Of a stretch of 64,000 nucleotides of DNA, positions 40,425-52,519 are shown one piece after another. The notes under the pieces are model-generated. The model was not told the DNA's origin. It saw only the letters and a program-made list of their open reading frames with translations, and did not search any database. The position numbers and the translations under genes were made by a program. How positions within the stretch are numbered: the stretch's first letter is position 1; every line of letters begins with the position of its first letter. Origin of the DNA: Eledone cirrhosa (Eukaryota); NCBI GenBank assembly GCA_964016885.1, contig OZ024740.1, forward strand, positions 441,192,001 through 441,256,000, in the 5' to 3' direction.

Positions 40425-41125
40425 GTCGGGTCACTCTTGAGTGCTACTGGTAACATGTAACACAGTACAACCTGGTGCATGGTCGGGGCGTCGGCGACTA
40501 AACCGTCAACCCCACCAAGTTTACTTGGACAAAAAACAAAACCTGACAAAGGGCGGAAGAACTCATAAGAGTCAACGGCCATCCAAAAGTGTGTAAATAT
40601 GTATATACACATGTACCACACGGTTAAACCACTGGGGGTGGGTGAAGGACTCCTAGCCTTTGTTAGGGCATTCATCTAGGAAAAGGCAAGTCAGGAAACT
40701 GGGATAACTCCGATATAAAACCTGCGGCTCAGTAGTTACCGATGATGTTGATCTTGTCTTCTTTTCGGGTTATAGCTACTGTCGCTCAGAGACTGGGATT
40801 GGCTCAGTGCACAGTCTTTCCTCACTTTAAAAAATATCTTCACGCACAGGCATTGCACGATAGAATTAATTAATTGTTTCTACTTTAGGCACAAGGCCAG
40901 CAATTACCCAGTGCATTACTGGTACTTTATTTTATCGACCCCGTAAGGATGAAAGGCAAAGTCAACCTCGGCAGGATTTGAACTCAGATCGTAAAGGGAC
41001 GTAACTATGCTGGAAAGCATGGCGTCCGACCCTCTACCGATACTACCAATCCAAGAATTAATTAATGATAATTAATAATGGTATATCGTGCAATGGCCAT
41101 ACACGATAACGAGGGGGCAGCCATC
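40425..41125 (+). mobile_element. Diverged subfamily copy of the non-autonomous RTE-related element, interrupted by a SINE
   Basis: Shares the 5' head (GTCGGGTCACT...TACTGGTAACATGTA), CTAGGAAAAGG, CAGGCATTGC and the 3' GGCAGCCATC followed by ATGTA. Confidence 0.7.
40875..41053 (-). mobile_element. tRNA-derived SINE with a Deu/Nin-type core (octopus OR-like), 13-bp TSD
   Basis: Reverse complement contains GAGTTCAAATCCTGCCGAGGTTGACTTTGCCTTTCATCCTTACGGGGTCGATAAAATAAAGTACCAG...GGCCTTGTGCCTAAAGTAGAAAC. TSD AGAATTAATTAAT at 40862-40874 and 41054-41066. Confidence 0.85.
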
Positions 41126-41219
41126 ATGTATGTAAGGTTAACTAAGACCACGGTGATGTACACCCTAACACCAGGGGAACCTCACGTGGTTTTAGATATC
41201 GAGGTAATTTAATATGTTT

Positions 41220-41301
41220 GCTGTTGTAGCCGAATGGTTAAGCCGTCGGAGTTGAAATCCAACGGACAATACACTCGCTGTTTCAAATCCTCAACGCGGC
41301 G
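41220..41301 (+). pseudogene. tRNA-Ser(UGA) pseudogene
   Basis: 82 nt GCTGTTGTAGCCGAATGGTTAAGCCGTCGGAGTTGAAATCCAAC...TTTCAAATCCTCAACGCGGCG followed by TTTT; damaged B box and stems. Confidence 0.75.
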
Positions 41302-41341
41302 TTTTATTTTGTTTTGTTTTTTTGTTTGTATTTTATTTAGC

Positions 41342-42000
41342 TCTGACACTGACGTTTTACAAAGATGGGGGTACTCTACAATCAGTTCCCTTGTCATTAA
41401 GTGATATATATGCTGGGTAGGACATCTTCTTCGTTTGAATGATGCAGGGTTTCCAAAGTAAAAGATTTATGGTGAACTTATGCAAGGAGAAAGAGCACAA
41501 CATGGGCCTAAGAAAAGGTACAAAGATTGTATTAAAAGAAATATAAAATGTCTGGGTTTAGATATAAATCAATGAGAAAAACAAACTCTTGGTACGTGGA
41601 GAAATACAATTAAATCAGGAAAGTCAACTGTTGGATGAAACAAAAAAAAGCCAAAACCGAGCACTAAGAAAGTGTGTGGTGGTCTTGAAAATGTTGATTA
41701 TTGGAATTGTAATTTCTGTTACCGTGTCCTTCTCTTTAAAGCTGGCTTTGTAAACCATATAAAAACTCATAAACAGACATTGACAGAGGCAGATTATGTT
41801 ACAAATCTCGCTCTACCTCCAGATATCACTACTTGTTATGTTTCTAGATATGTAAGACAGCCTCCAGGTTAAAACACCATATGAAGGTTCATCAATATGA
41901 AACTCCACATCCTTATCCAATAAACCCAACATATACCCTGGCATACATCTGTTACTTGTGCCAAAGACACATGGGAGGATGTAAACTTGCTGGAAGTATT
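41342..42000 (+). pseudogene. Decayed RTE LINE C-terminus with C2H2-like zinc fingers
   Basis: DTDVLQR...WVGHLLRLND..FPK..IYGELMQGERAQHGPKKRYKDCIK; CNFCYRVLLFKAGFVNHIKTH. Confidence 0.7.
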
Positions 42001-42069
42001 GAGATGATGTTGAGACGGCTATCATCTGAGAAGATGAAGCAATCAGCATGTATGTATATATGTATGTAT

Positions 42070-42677
42070 GTCAGGACACCAGTTGGTGCTACTGGCAACA
42101 TGTATCCCAGTACAACCTGTCTCATGGTCGGGTCGTTGGCGACTAAACTGCCAACCCCACCAAGGTTTCTTGGTGAGGAGGGTGACTTTGGACATCCTGC
42201 AGGACTAAAAACAAAACCTGTCAAAGGGCAAAGGAGCTCTTAAGAGTCAATGGCCATCCAAAATCACCGGGAGAGATGACCTCTTAGCCTTTGTCAAGGC
42301 AGAATTCTAGGAGAAGGAAAACTCTGATATAACACCTGCAACCCTGATGGTATCCAATGATGTTGACTTGTTCTTCTTTTTGGTAAATATCATCTTGGTT
42401 AAGAGAGTGGGACTGGCTTTGTGCAGTGCCTTTGCTCACTATAAAAGCTTCACGGCACAGGCATTGCTTTATATCTGGAGATCTCTCTGCACTTGTCGTC
42501 ACATGGTACCATGGGCCCAGCACTATGTGTCAGTAATTGTCACAAGTGTAGTGTTTGTACCAGAGTTTTCAAGTCGCTGGCTGGACTAAATAGTCACACT
42601 TGTTCAGCGCATCGGTAGGGGTTCCCCTACATGAATATAAAGTAGTGGCCGTACTCGAAAACGAGTTGGCAACCACC
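42070..42677 (+). mobile_element. Non-autonomous RTE-related retroelement, copy 2
   Basis: Near-identical to 37028-37701; flanked by TATG repeats. Confidence 0.7.
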
Positions 42678-42708
42678 ATGTATGTATATATGTGTGTGTG
42701 TATGTATG

Positions 42709-45700
42709 TTATCTCTTTCTCTTAATTTCGAGTATATTTTTTTGACCGGCCACCTTCCTGGTGGCAAGGTTGTAAAAGAAAAGAGATTGTCATCCCTTGA
42801 ATCGCAAGAATGTTTTGCAAACTTTGAAGGTGCCAGCTATCGCAGCCATTTGTAGACTATGAATTAGGGAGCTGCGCTCTTTGTCCGCAAGTCCAAGTTC
42901 AGTCATACTTTGGTCCAAGCGGGTTGGTATATAACCCGTAGCTCCAATAATGATGTGTATGAAGCTAAAGGTGTATCTTGGATACTGGATTTGTAAACTC
43001 CTCATCAATGGTCCGTAGATGTCCTCCTTCTCCTGTATTTTTCTGGCAACGTTTAAATCAAGTGGGCAGCTGATCTCCACAACAGTACACGTTTTTTCAA
43101 TGTGTGGTCCCAAACAACAATATCAGGCCGGTTGTGCTTTAATTTGGTGGCCGTTTTTATTTTCAGATTCCACCAGTATTCCTTAGTGCCATCTGTCTCA
43201 ATATATTCTTCCTCGTCTGTTGTTAATTTTGTTTTCCGAAGTGCGTTCCAGATGGTACTAGCTATCCCATTGTGTCTCATGGGGAGGTAGTAGCGAGATG
43301 ACATTCTTTCGCAGCTGGCAACAATGTGGCTTACATCCTCGATCTTTATTTTACATAGCCTACATTTATTGTCAGCTGCTGGCCCTCCCCTTTTGTGCAG
43401 TAGATATTTGGTAGGGAGTTCTTGTTCCTGTATTGCATAGAGATATCCCTCAAGGTGTGATGTCATAAACTTGTCGGAACTCCATGCCAGGCTTTTTGAG
43501 TGGTTTATCCCCTCTATGGTCTGTGTTTTACGTCTCAAGTATCCATGCACAACTTTTTCTGTAAATTGGTCAATTTTTTCATCTTCTTTGAACATTGAAT
43601 AGGATCTCCCGATTTCTCTGGGTGAGAGATTTATATCAGGCTTTATTCCATATCTCTCCTCCAGATCAGTCGCTATTCTAATGATTTTTTTCTCATGCTC
43701 ATAAACCTGGGCAAGATGGTTGCCAACCTTTTTCCTCTGTTGAAAGTGTTGCTTCAGTGTTACTATCCGGGTCTCATATGTTGTTAATATGGATTTTAGA
43801 CCCCGGCCACCTTCCTTGCGTGAGAAGTATAGCCTATCCACATCACCATTGATGTTAAAGTTCCCAGTAACACTGATAAGTTTGCGAGTTCTAACATCCA
43901 TCTCACTTAGTTCTTGCAATGACCAGTTCAGCAGGCCAAATGTTGGCGTTAGAATTGGCACAGCATAAGTATTGCGGGCAATGTATTTGTTGTACGCTGA
44001 CAGTTCTGATGACCATATTTTCTTTACTCTTCTGAGGTATTCAGTTCTGGTTCTCTCCTTATTTATGGGTCCATCATATCTGACATTCTCATCCTGTCCA
44101 AGATATCTGTAGTTGTCACCTGACTGTAGAGGTTGTATTGTCAGGCCGTTCATCTCTAGATTTCTGGAGGAGGGCACAGCTCTTCCACCTTTTACTGCCA
44201 AATATGCACACTTGGAGTCACCAAATTTCATTTTGAAGTCTGTTGAAAATTGTATCATGAGGTCCAATTGTTTCTTGATGTCATTGATATTTGGCCCATA
44301 CAACTTCAGGTCACCAACAAAGAAAAGATGGGAGATACTTCTGGACCCACTTCTTTGTTCACCTTGTTTCCTGAGTAGGTAAGATAGTGGATTTAGTGAG
44401 AGAACGAAGAGTAGCACTGACAAGCTATCACCCTGAAAGATGCGGTTCTGGTAATGTATTTTATCAGTCTTAACTTGCTCCTTCTCACCTCTAAGGATCA
44501 AATTGGTGTACCAGTTCTTGGTCAGGCGTTCAACAGCAGCTACCAATGGTTGTCGGACTTTGGCTAACTGTAAATCCTTAATAATCCACGCATGAGGTAC
44601 ACTATCAAATGCTTGTTGATAGTACAGCTACACCACAGTCATGTTTCTGCGATTCTTTGTTGTTTTTTCCTGAATCATTTTATTAGTTAGGAGGTGATCT
44701 ATGCAACCCCACACTTCACTCTTTCCACCAGCTTGCTCAGGTGTTATGATGTTGTTGGTAGCACAGTGATCCTGTAAGAACAGGTTAAGGCACCCAGTAT
44801 ATAATTTATACATGATGTTTTGGCAGGCTATTGGGCTATAATTTTTAGCAAGGGTGGTTTGGCTATTTTTGAGAATGAGGAGAGTAGTGACAGTTGATAA
44901 CCATCTGGGCAGTTCTTGTGTACCTTTAATGGTTTCTGTAAACAGCCGTATGAGATCTTGCCGATAGAATGTGAAATTCTTCAACCAGTATCCTGTAATG
45001 AAATCTGGGCCTGGTGATTTCCTATTCGACATTTTCTGTAGAGTTGTTTCCAGTATTGACCCATCTATGTCATATTGTTTTGTCTGGACATGTTGGCAGT
45101 AGTCCTGTTCCAGTTCTTTTAGCCAATTAGTTTGTCTGTTGAATCCGTCATCCGTTTCCCATACAGATCTCCAGTAGCTCTCAACCTATTCTTTTGAAGG
45201 GGTGTCATTTACAGGGATTGAGCTTTTGCCACCGAAGCTGCGATAAACTGATTTAGGATCTCTGGCAAACAATCTATTTAGCACTTGTCGTTTATGTGCT
45301 GTTGACTTATATTTTAGTCTTTCTGTTGTAGCTGTGAGTTGTTGTTTCAACTGGTGTAATTTGGAGTTCAAAGTTTTAAATTTTGTATCTCCAAATCGTC
45401 TCTCTAACTTTTTGTTTAGGTCTTCCTGGTGTCGTGTGAAGTTGCTCTCTATGTTGCATTTCATAACGACTGCGATGTGTGAGCTACTTCGTCTCAGGGA
45501 CAAAATTTTGCTTTTTAAATTCCGCATCCACGCTGGTTCAGGCTTTTTGTTTGTATCTTGATTGCGTGGTTTTAGATGTGTGTTATATGATAGCAATGTG
45601 ACAGCTGAAACATATAACAACATTTTAAGCGTTTCAAATGTCGTTTCTACACCTTTAGATCGTATAGCCTTCAGATAATTGCCAGCTATTTCGTTCACCG

Positions 45701-46952
45701 CTTCCAATTCCAATTTAGTGGGTTCTTTACTGATTCTGGTGTTGTATGGTCTGTCACTCACATTAAGGCTGTGTATCTCTTGAAACATATCGTCCCATAT
45801 CACTTGTAAGGTGTCCACAAGTTTTTGGTGTTCTGTTTGTACAGTAGAGTCATGAATTTCAGCCTCGTTGTTGATGTGGTGACAATTACTACTAGAGTTA
45901 GCTGACCATTCTCGCTGTTCTTCAGTGGATGTGGGATGGATTTCAGCAAAATTGTTGGTGAGCTGTTCCCTGTTAGATTTAGCTGGCCATTCTCTTTGTC
46001 TGTCAGTGGAGGTGGGGTGGTTGTCTACAAGGGCTGTATTTGTAGTATCACTCAATTCCATTAGATGTATCAATTTACATCTAATGATACGTTTTGCCTG
46101 TTCATTTTAATGCTTTGGAGAAAAGTGTAATTCTGGGTGTTTGGAGTTCCATAAAGCTTTTAGCCTTTGCATAAAACCGAACTTTTGGGGTTCAGATTGT
46201 TTGTATGCTTCATATAATTCTTTGTTAAGCTCGTAGCTCCACTGTATATAACGGTTGTAGTTGCGATTTGGTCGAAGGAGACTTGTACGTTTTGCCTTGA
46301 TGAGTTCGTCAATTCACTAATATTTTGTATTTATTTTTCAAAATAGTCGATGATTTTCTTTAAAAGTTTCGACAAAGTTCTGTCAGAATTAAATTTAAAG
46401 TTATTCACAGCTTGGGTAATATTTCTTTTCAGTTAGTTTTTAATTCTAGAACTGTGTTTTAAAAGTTGTTCTAGAATCGTTTGAATCGAGAACAAAAAGA
46501 ACCGTTACTTAGTATATTTCTTTATGAATGTAATATAATATAACAACGCTGTATTTATATGTTAAAGTTTATGTATCATTCATATAAATAGGTGTTCTAC
46601 AACTTATTCACAACATATTCACAGTTCAAACACTTATGTTTTTGTTTCTGAATCGGAAACGTTACTTGTATATTTCTTTATAAATGTAATATAACAACGT
46701 TGCATTTATATGTTAAAGTGTATGTATCGTTCATATATCATAAGTGTATGTATCGTTCATATAAATAGGTGTTTTACAACACACTTACAGTTCAAACACT
46801 TATGTAGAATTATTGTATGTAATCTTACCGCGTAATGTAGCTGAACCTTTTCCAATATATGGTATGTTGCCTTCATGTAAGCCGTAATTACACACGTCCG
46901 ATTATCGGACACTGGCCACAACGGGCGCCATTGTATATGTATGTGTCCATTG
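42709..46952 (-). mobile_element. Near-full-length R4/Dong-like RLE retrotransposon (ORF about 46300-42790, with stops and frameshifts), inserted in (TATG)n
   Basis: KSPGPDFITGYW, NYSPIAC, EQAGG, IFQGDSLS, FVGDLKLY, GGRGL, CRLC..H...C, RHN, RPDIVVWD..VVEISCP; TATG tracts at both ends; ~160-bp duplication in the 5'UTR (46500-46805). Confidence 0.9.
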
Positions 46953-46984
<32 letters not shown>

Positions 46985-47174
46985 TGTATGTATGTATGTA
47001 TGTATGTATGTATGTATGTATGTATGTATGTATGTATGTATGGGTGTATGTATGTAAAATTTGAATTTTAGCCATGATATATTGAGATGTAAGTAAATGT
47101 AAAATGTAAAATATAAATAAGGATTGCACTGGTAAAATATACGAAAATATTTGTGTAACTTCCACAAACTTCTG

Positions 47175-47290
47175 GTCCAGCGCATTACTGGCACTCTCTT
47201 TTGCTGACTCCCTGGGGATGAAAGGCAAGGTTGACCTCGGCGGGATTTAAGCTCAGAGCGTGGAGAGACATAGCTCTATGCTGTAAAGCA
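47175..47290 (-). mobile_element. Degenerate SINE fragment (same family as 40875-41053)
   Basis: GGATGAAAGGCAAGGTTGACCTCGGCGGGATTTAAGCTCAG matches the SINE core. Confidence 0.7.
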
Positions 47291-47605
47291 ATTATAATAA
47301 TACTGGACTGTAATACGAACGGCTTCAACTATACGAACTCTTGAAAGTCAACAGTTGACATCATCTTGTAATCTTGTATCAGTAATGACGGTAATATATA
47401 TATATATATATGTGTGTGTGTGTAAGTGAGTAGCGTGTGTGTGTTTGTTTGTATGTATGAGTGTTGCTGTGTGCGCGCGTATGTATGCGTGTGTGTGTGC
47501 GCGCGTATGTATGCGCGTGTGTGTATATCGTACGTATAAGTGTCAATAAGTGAGTTTTTTTTTTCTGCGCGGGCACAGAAATAATCGGGCTGGATGCCCG
47601 ATCGC

Positions 47606-47842
47606 GCAGTTAAACCACTGGGAGTGAAGAACCCCTAGCCCTTGTCAGGGCATTCTTCTAGGAGAAGGCATCTCAGGAAACTGGGTTAACTCCGACATAA
47701 AACCTGCGGCTCAGTAGTTACCGATCATGTTGATCTTTTCTTCTTTTCGGGTTATAGCTACTGTCGCTCAGAGAGTGGGATTGGCTCAGTGCACAGTCTT
47801 TCCTCACTTTAAAAACATTCGTCACGTACAGGCATTGCACGA
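47606..47842 (+). mobile_element. Internal fragment of the non-autonomous RTE-related element (40425 subfamily)
   Basis: Matches 40620-40861 (GTTAAACCACTGGG...CAGGCATTGCACGAT). Confidence 0.75.
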
Positions 47843-47874
47843 TTAAATTAATAATTATTAATATTGTATTATTA

Positions 47875-50800
47875 TTGTTCTTTGAGTCTCAGTCATTGAT
47901 GTTAGTTAACTGGAAAGTTTGTTGAAATGAATATCAAGCCACTACCTGCAGCCTCAGATATTCAGGACGTATCGGAGGGTTCTTGCTGTTCCCAGCAAGC
48001 ATGCCTTTTGAAGCGTTCCAAAAAGCGTGGCGGGGCCAATTTTCTTTAACCATCCCTGGAAACTTTTTGAGATAGTACCTAGTGCGCCTATGACAATCGG
48101 GACCACTTTGACTTCATGGCAGTCCCAAATCCTTTTTACCTCCCACTTTAAGTCCTGGTATCGGTTAATTTTCTCCCTCTCCTTCTCTTGCACTCTCGTG
48201 TCGAATGGGCAGGCCACATCCACAATCAGGCACGATCTTTTTTCCTTGTCCAAAACCACCAGGTCAGGTCTATTGTGTTCCAGTTTCTTGTCCGTCTGTA
48301 TCCTAAAATCCCACAGCACCTTCACCTGATCGTTTTCTATCACCGACTCTGGCTTATGCTCATACCATTTCTCAGAATGTGGTAAATTGTTTACTTTGCA
48401 TAGGTGCCAGTGGATCACCCTGCCCATCACATCATGTCTCCAGCCTTTATAGTGAGTCTGGGCTAGGTGTTTACACTCGGATACAATGTGAACCACAGTC
48501 TCCTCTCTCTCTCCAGAGATCCTGCACAGTGGGCTAGCCTCCTCCTTGTAAATATAGTGTTTCAACCACTTCGTTTTGAGGGCCTGCTCTTGCGCAGCCA
48601 TTAACATTCCTTCTGTAGCCTTTTTAAGGTCTCCTCTTTTCAACCAGTTCCATGTCTGTGGATCTCTGAATTCAGTTTTCTCAAAGAAGGTTCTATGAAG
48701 GGATTTTTCATGAAGGCTGCTCTTCCTCCTTGTTGTTATTTCCTCCTTGGACATCCCCTGGTCTATTGTCCTCTCCTTCAGTACAATTCTGAGCATTGGC
48801 TCCTTACTATCAGTCACGTCTTTGTGTAGGTTGTTTTTCTCCATCTGAACACAGTCCTCTATGCTGATAAGACCTCTTCCACCTTCAGATCTCCTTAAGT
48901 AGAGTCTATCGACATCACTCCTCTTGTGGAACATGTTGTAGATAGTCAATAGCTTCCTAGTCTTCCTATCCATTTCTTTTTGTTCAGCAACATTCCATCT
49001 CAGAATTCCCGCACTGTTCCTAATAATAGACACAGCTCGGGAATTTACTGCACTTATGGCATTCCTACTGTTCAGATGTAACTTTAATACGCTCCTTACT
49101 CTCTGAATGTATTCAGATCTTTTCAATTCCTTCATTTTTTTGTTCTTGATGTCATCAGCCTCCAGAACACCCAAATACTTGTATCCTTCTTGAGTGTCAA
49201 TTTCCTTTATCATCTCACCTGTTGGTACCTGGATTCCATTGCTTCTGCTCAATTTACCCCTCTTCATCACAAGGACTCCACACTTACTAATACCAAATTG
49301 CATACATATATCATTGCTGAAGATACGGACAGTGTCAACAAGCACATCCAACTCCTTCTCACTCTTTCCGAAGAGCTTAAGATCGTCCATGAAGAGGTGG
49401 TGATTGATGGTAAGCTCTCCCTTTCCCAACTTGTATCCTGCTCTCACTTTTCGCAGTATAATGGTCAGGGGCATCAGGGCAAGGACAAACAACAGAGGGG
49501 ACAGACTATCTCCCTAGAAGATACCTCTCTTGAACTTCACGGCTCCCAAGGATTCTCCAGCTGATGTTAACTCTGTTTTCCAGGACTTCATACTTTTGCC
49601 CAATAACTGTCTGATGTTATCTGCCACCTTGAAGATCTCTCGGCTTTTGGTGATCCAAGAATGAGGCACCATGTCAAATGCCTTTTTGTAGTCTATCCAT
49701 CCCATAGAAAGACCAGTGTGTCTCCTCTTGTAATTCCTCATTACCATCTTATCAATAAGTAACTGGTCCTTTGTACAACGGGACTTCTTTCGGCATCCTT
49801 TCTGTTCGTCCGGTAACAAGTTGTTTGTGTTGAGGTGATGGTAGATTTCCTCAGACATAATGCTTGTCAACAGTTTCCACATTACGGACAGACATGTGAT
49901 AGGTCTATAGTTGGTAACATCATTACCCTTGATTCGGTCTTTCATTACCAGAACTGTGGTACCTTTTGTCAACCACTCTGGTACCTCACCTGACATCAAG
50001 CAGTCATTGAACATGGTTGTCAGTTTTGGCTGGAGGGATGTTATATTTTTAATCCAATACCCCTGCACACCATCTGGGCCTGGTGATTTCCAGTTGGTTA
50101 GTTTTTTGGCGTGCCCCTTAAGAGTTTCAACTGTGATACTCAAATCAGTTTGTTGGTGTGCCTGTTCACTAATCTCCTTCTGTACTGTCTCAATCCACAC
50201 TGCTTGGTCATTATGTTTAACATCCTGCTCCCATATTCCACTCCAGAATGTCTTAGTTTGTTCCGCCTCAGGGATCAAGTCATTGCCTCTTTCTTTCCCT
50301 TCAAGCTGTCCAAATAGCATCTTCTGGTTGTTGTCAAACTGCGGTTCTGTCTATACTGACTGACTCTGCTCTCGTATCGCCTAATTTTCGCACTCTTTGC
50401 TACAATGCGTTGCTTCAGTTCTTCTATGATAATATTTAACTTTTTCCTCCTAGTTTTGTACTTTATTTCCAGTCTATTTTTAGTGTCTATGTTTTTTAGT
50501 GTCCCATTCAGTAGGGACTCAAGCTTTCCAATGTCATTTCTCATTTCCTTGATTTAACCATTCAGTCGTTTCTTCCACCAAGGTTCTGATCTTTCTTGTT
50601 TGTTGTTTCCTCTCGCTTTTATGCCAAGTAATTTCCTCACCGCATTTGCTGTTGCTTTGAGGATATTGTTGCACTGGTGAAGGCTCCTCGCCTCAAGGTA
50701 TGGGATGACTTTGTTTACCTTAGCTGTTGTTTCTTTTAACTTTTTCCTGTCTACAAATCTTAGGTTCATAGGTTTCCCACTATCATTGTTCAATTCATCT

Positions 50801-51450
50801 ATCACTAAGTTTAGGATATCAACCAAATCTTGTCCTAGCCCGTCAGCATTCATCTCCTTAGTGGCCGTATCTCTGTTCCAGGTATTATTTATTTCAGCAT
50901 TCAGATCATTGTCTGCTTCGGGTGGTTCCTCCGTTCTCTCAACCTCTTCACCTTCATTTCCCACTGGCTCGTTTGCCTGGCATACTCCATTCTCCATTTC
51001 CAAGCTAATCTCTCTGCTCAGTTCCTCCAGTTCCAGCTCGCTTATCCACCCATTAGTTCTTATTACCCGAGCCTGCCCGGCCAATTTTTGTTCATCTAAT
51101 TTAAATAGACCAATCTCGTTCCAGATGTTATGCATCCGTTTCCTTTAGCCTTTCTCCTTGGGGTTACTCTTCAGGTAACATTGCATAACAGTTCTATTCA
51201 ATTCTTTCGTCCAGTTGGTTCTGGTCCTTTTCCTTCTTCTTCTTCATCCAACAGTATTTCGTTGACAGCCAGGTCCCTGCTGCTGAGCCAGGGAGCACCT
51301 GCTGGGTGAGAGTCTGTCACATGACATTCCAGTCTCCACTTCACCGTTATTCGAACTGTTTAGGTTCGACATTTAAACACTCTTATCGAGGATTGGTGAA
51401 TGTATGGTTACATAACCCCCGGTGATTTCATCACCTCCGGTGATTTTAGT
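47875..51450 (-). mobile_element. Dong/R4-like RLE retrotransposon, second family; single ORF 51372-47954 with a few stops and frameshifts
   Basis: N-terminal WTKELN..VMQCY...RKRMHNIW; RT YRPITCL, QKGCRK, IDYKKAFDMVPH, GIF*GDSLSP, FMDDLK; CRIS..H...C; RHD; RPDLVV..VDVACP. 3' tail is TAA-rich; 5' limit uncertain (possibly the (TAA)n at 52385-52425). Confidence 0.9.
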
Positions 51451-51751
51451 GTGGCACTATCACGCTGTAGACGAACATAAATAAACAAACAAACAAATAG
51501 GTAAAAAAAAAAAAAGAATAAGCATAAGTTCCATTGTAATGTAATGTTTGAATGTCTGACTTAGTTTTTTTTTTTCCTTCTCTGTCTGTCTGTCTGTTTT
51601 TCTTTTCATTTTTCTTTTCTTTGCGATTTTCGTTGTTGCTGTGCTGTTTTGATTTCGATTTTTGGTTTTCTGATTTTTTGACCGGGTCATCAAATCAGTC
51701 TATTTATATCTTTTGATGCCTTCCTATTTAGTGGGGACACTACGATGCATG

Positions 51752-52008
51752 TCTTAGCAGGAGGCAGTGGGAGAGAATAGCGGCGGTAGTGATAATGAGG
51801 CAGTGGTGGTGGTGGTGGTGGTGGTGGTGGTGGTGGTGGTGGTGCTGTGCTAATAGTACTTAGCAGGAGGTAGTGGGAGAGAATAGCGGCGGTAGCGATA
51901 ATGAGGCAGTGGTGGTGGTGGTGGTGGTGGTGCTGTGCTAGTAGTACTTAGCGGGAGGTAGTGGGAGAGAATAGCGGCGGTAGCGATAATGAGGCAGTGG
52001 TGGTGGTG
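51752..52008 (+). repeat. Three tandem ~90-105-bp units, each containing a (GGT)n tract
   Basis: CTTAGCAGGAGG(C/T)AGTGGGAGAGAATAGCGGCGGTAG..ATAATGAGGCAGT(GGT)n repeated three times. Confidence 0.85.
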
Positions 52009-52519
52009 ATGTGATCGTAGTACTGTAGTGATGGTGTTGAAGTTGAAGTAGAAATAGAAGTTGAGGTAACTTGACTAGAGTTTTTGGCGTGGTAGTGGTG
52101 ATGGTGGCGGTGGTGGTGTTGGTGGTAAAATTTTTTGCCTGTCTGTCCACTTATCCATTTTCTCTTTTTCGACTATAACATTTCTGATCCAAAACTAAAT
52201 ATTAAATATTGGGGCCCTATGCCGTAATGTGATGCGTTGTCGATTGCTGAGGGTCACAACTGTAATCTTATATTTCATTTGTAATAAAAATTATTCTATC
52301 ACAGTTGTTTTAAATAAGTAAAAATCAAAATCTTACGTGAGCGATTCCATAACGATATATATCCACCGTGTGCGTTTTCTTCCCTATTATTATTATTATT
52401 ATTATTATTGTTACTATTATTATTACTTTTTTTTTTCCAATCCAATGATGTTCCAGAACAATATAAAATAGATAATTGGCAATTTAGGTTCTGGAACAAA
52501 AAAGATAATTGGCAATAAG

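Noticed and set aside
51752-52130. G-rich repeats as telomeric sequence
   Set aside because: (GGT)n composite, not (TTAGGG)n.
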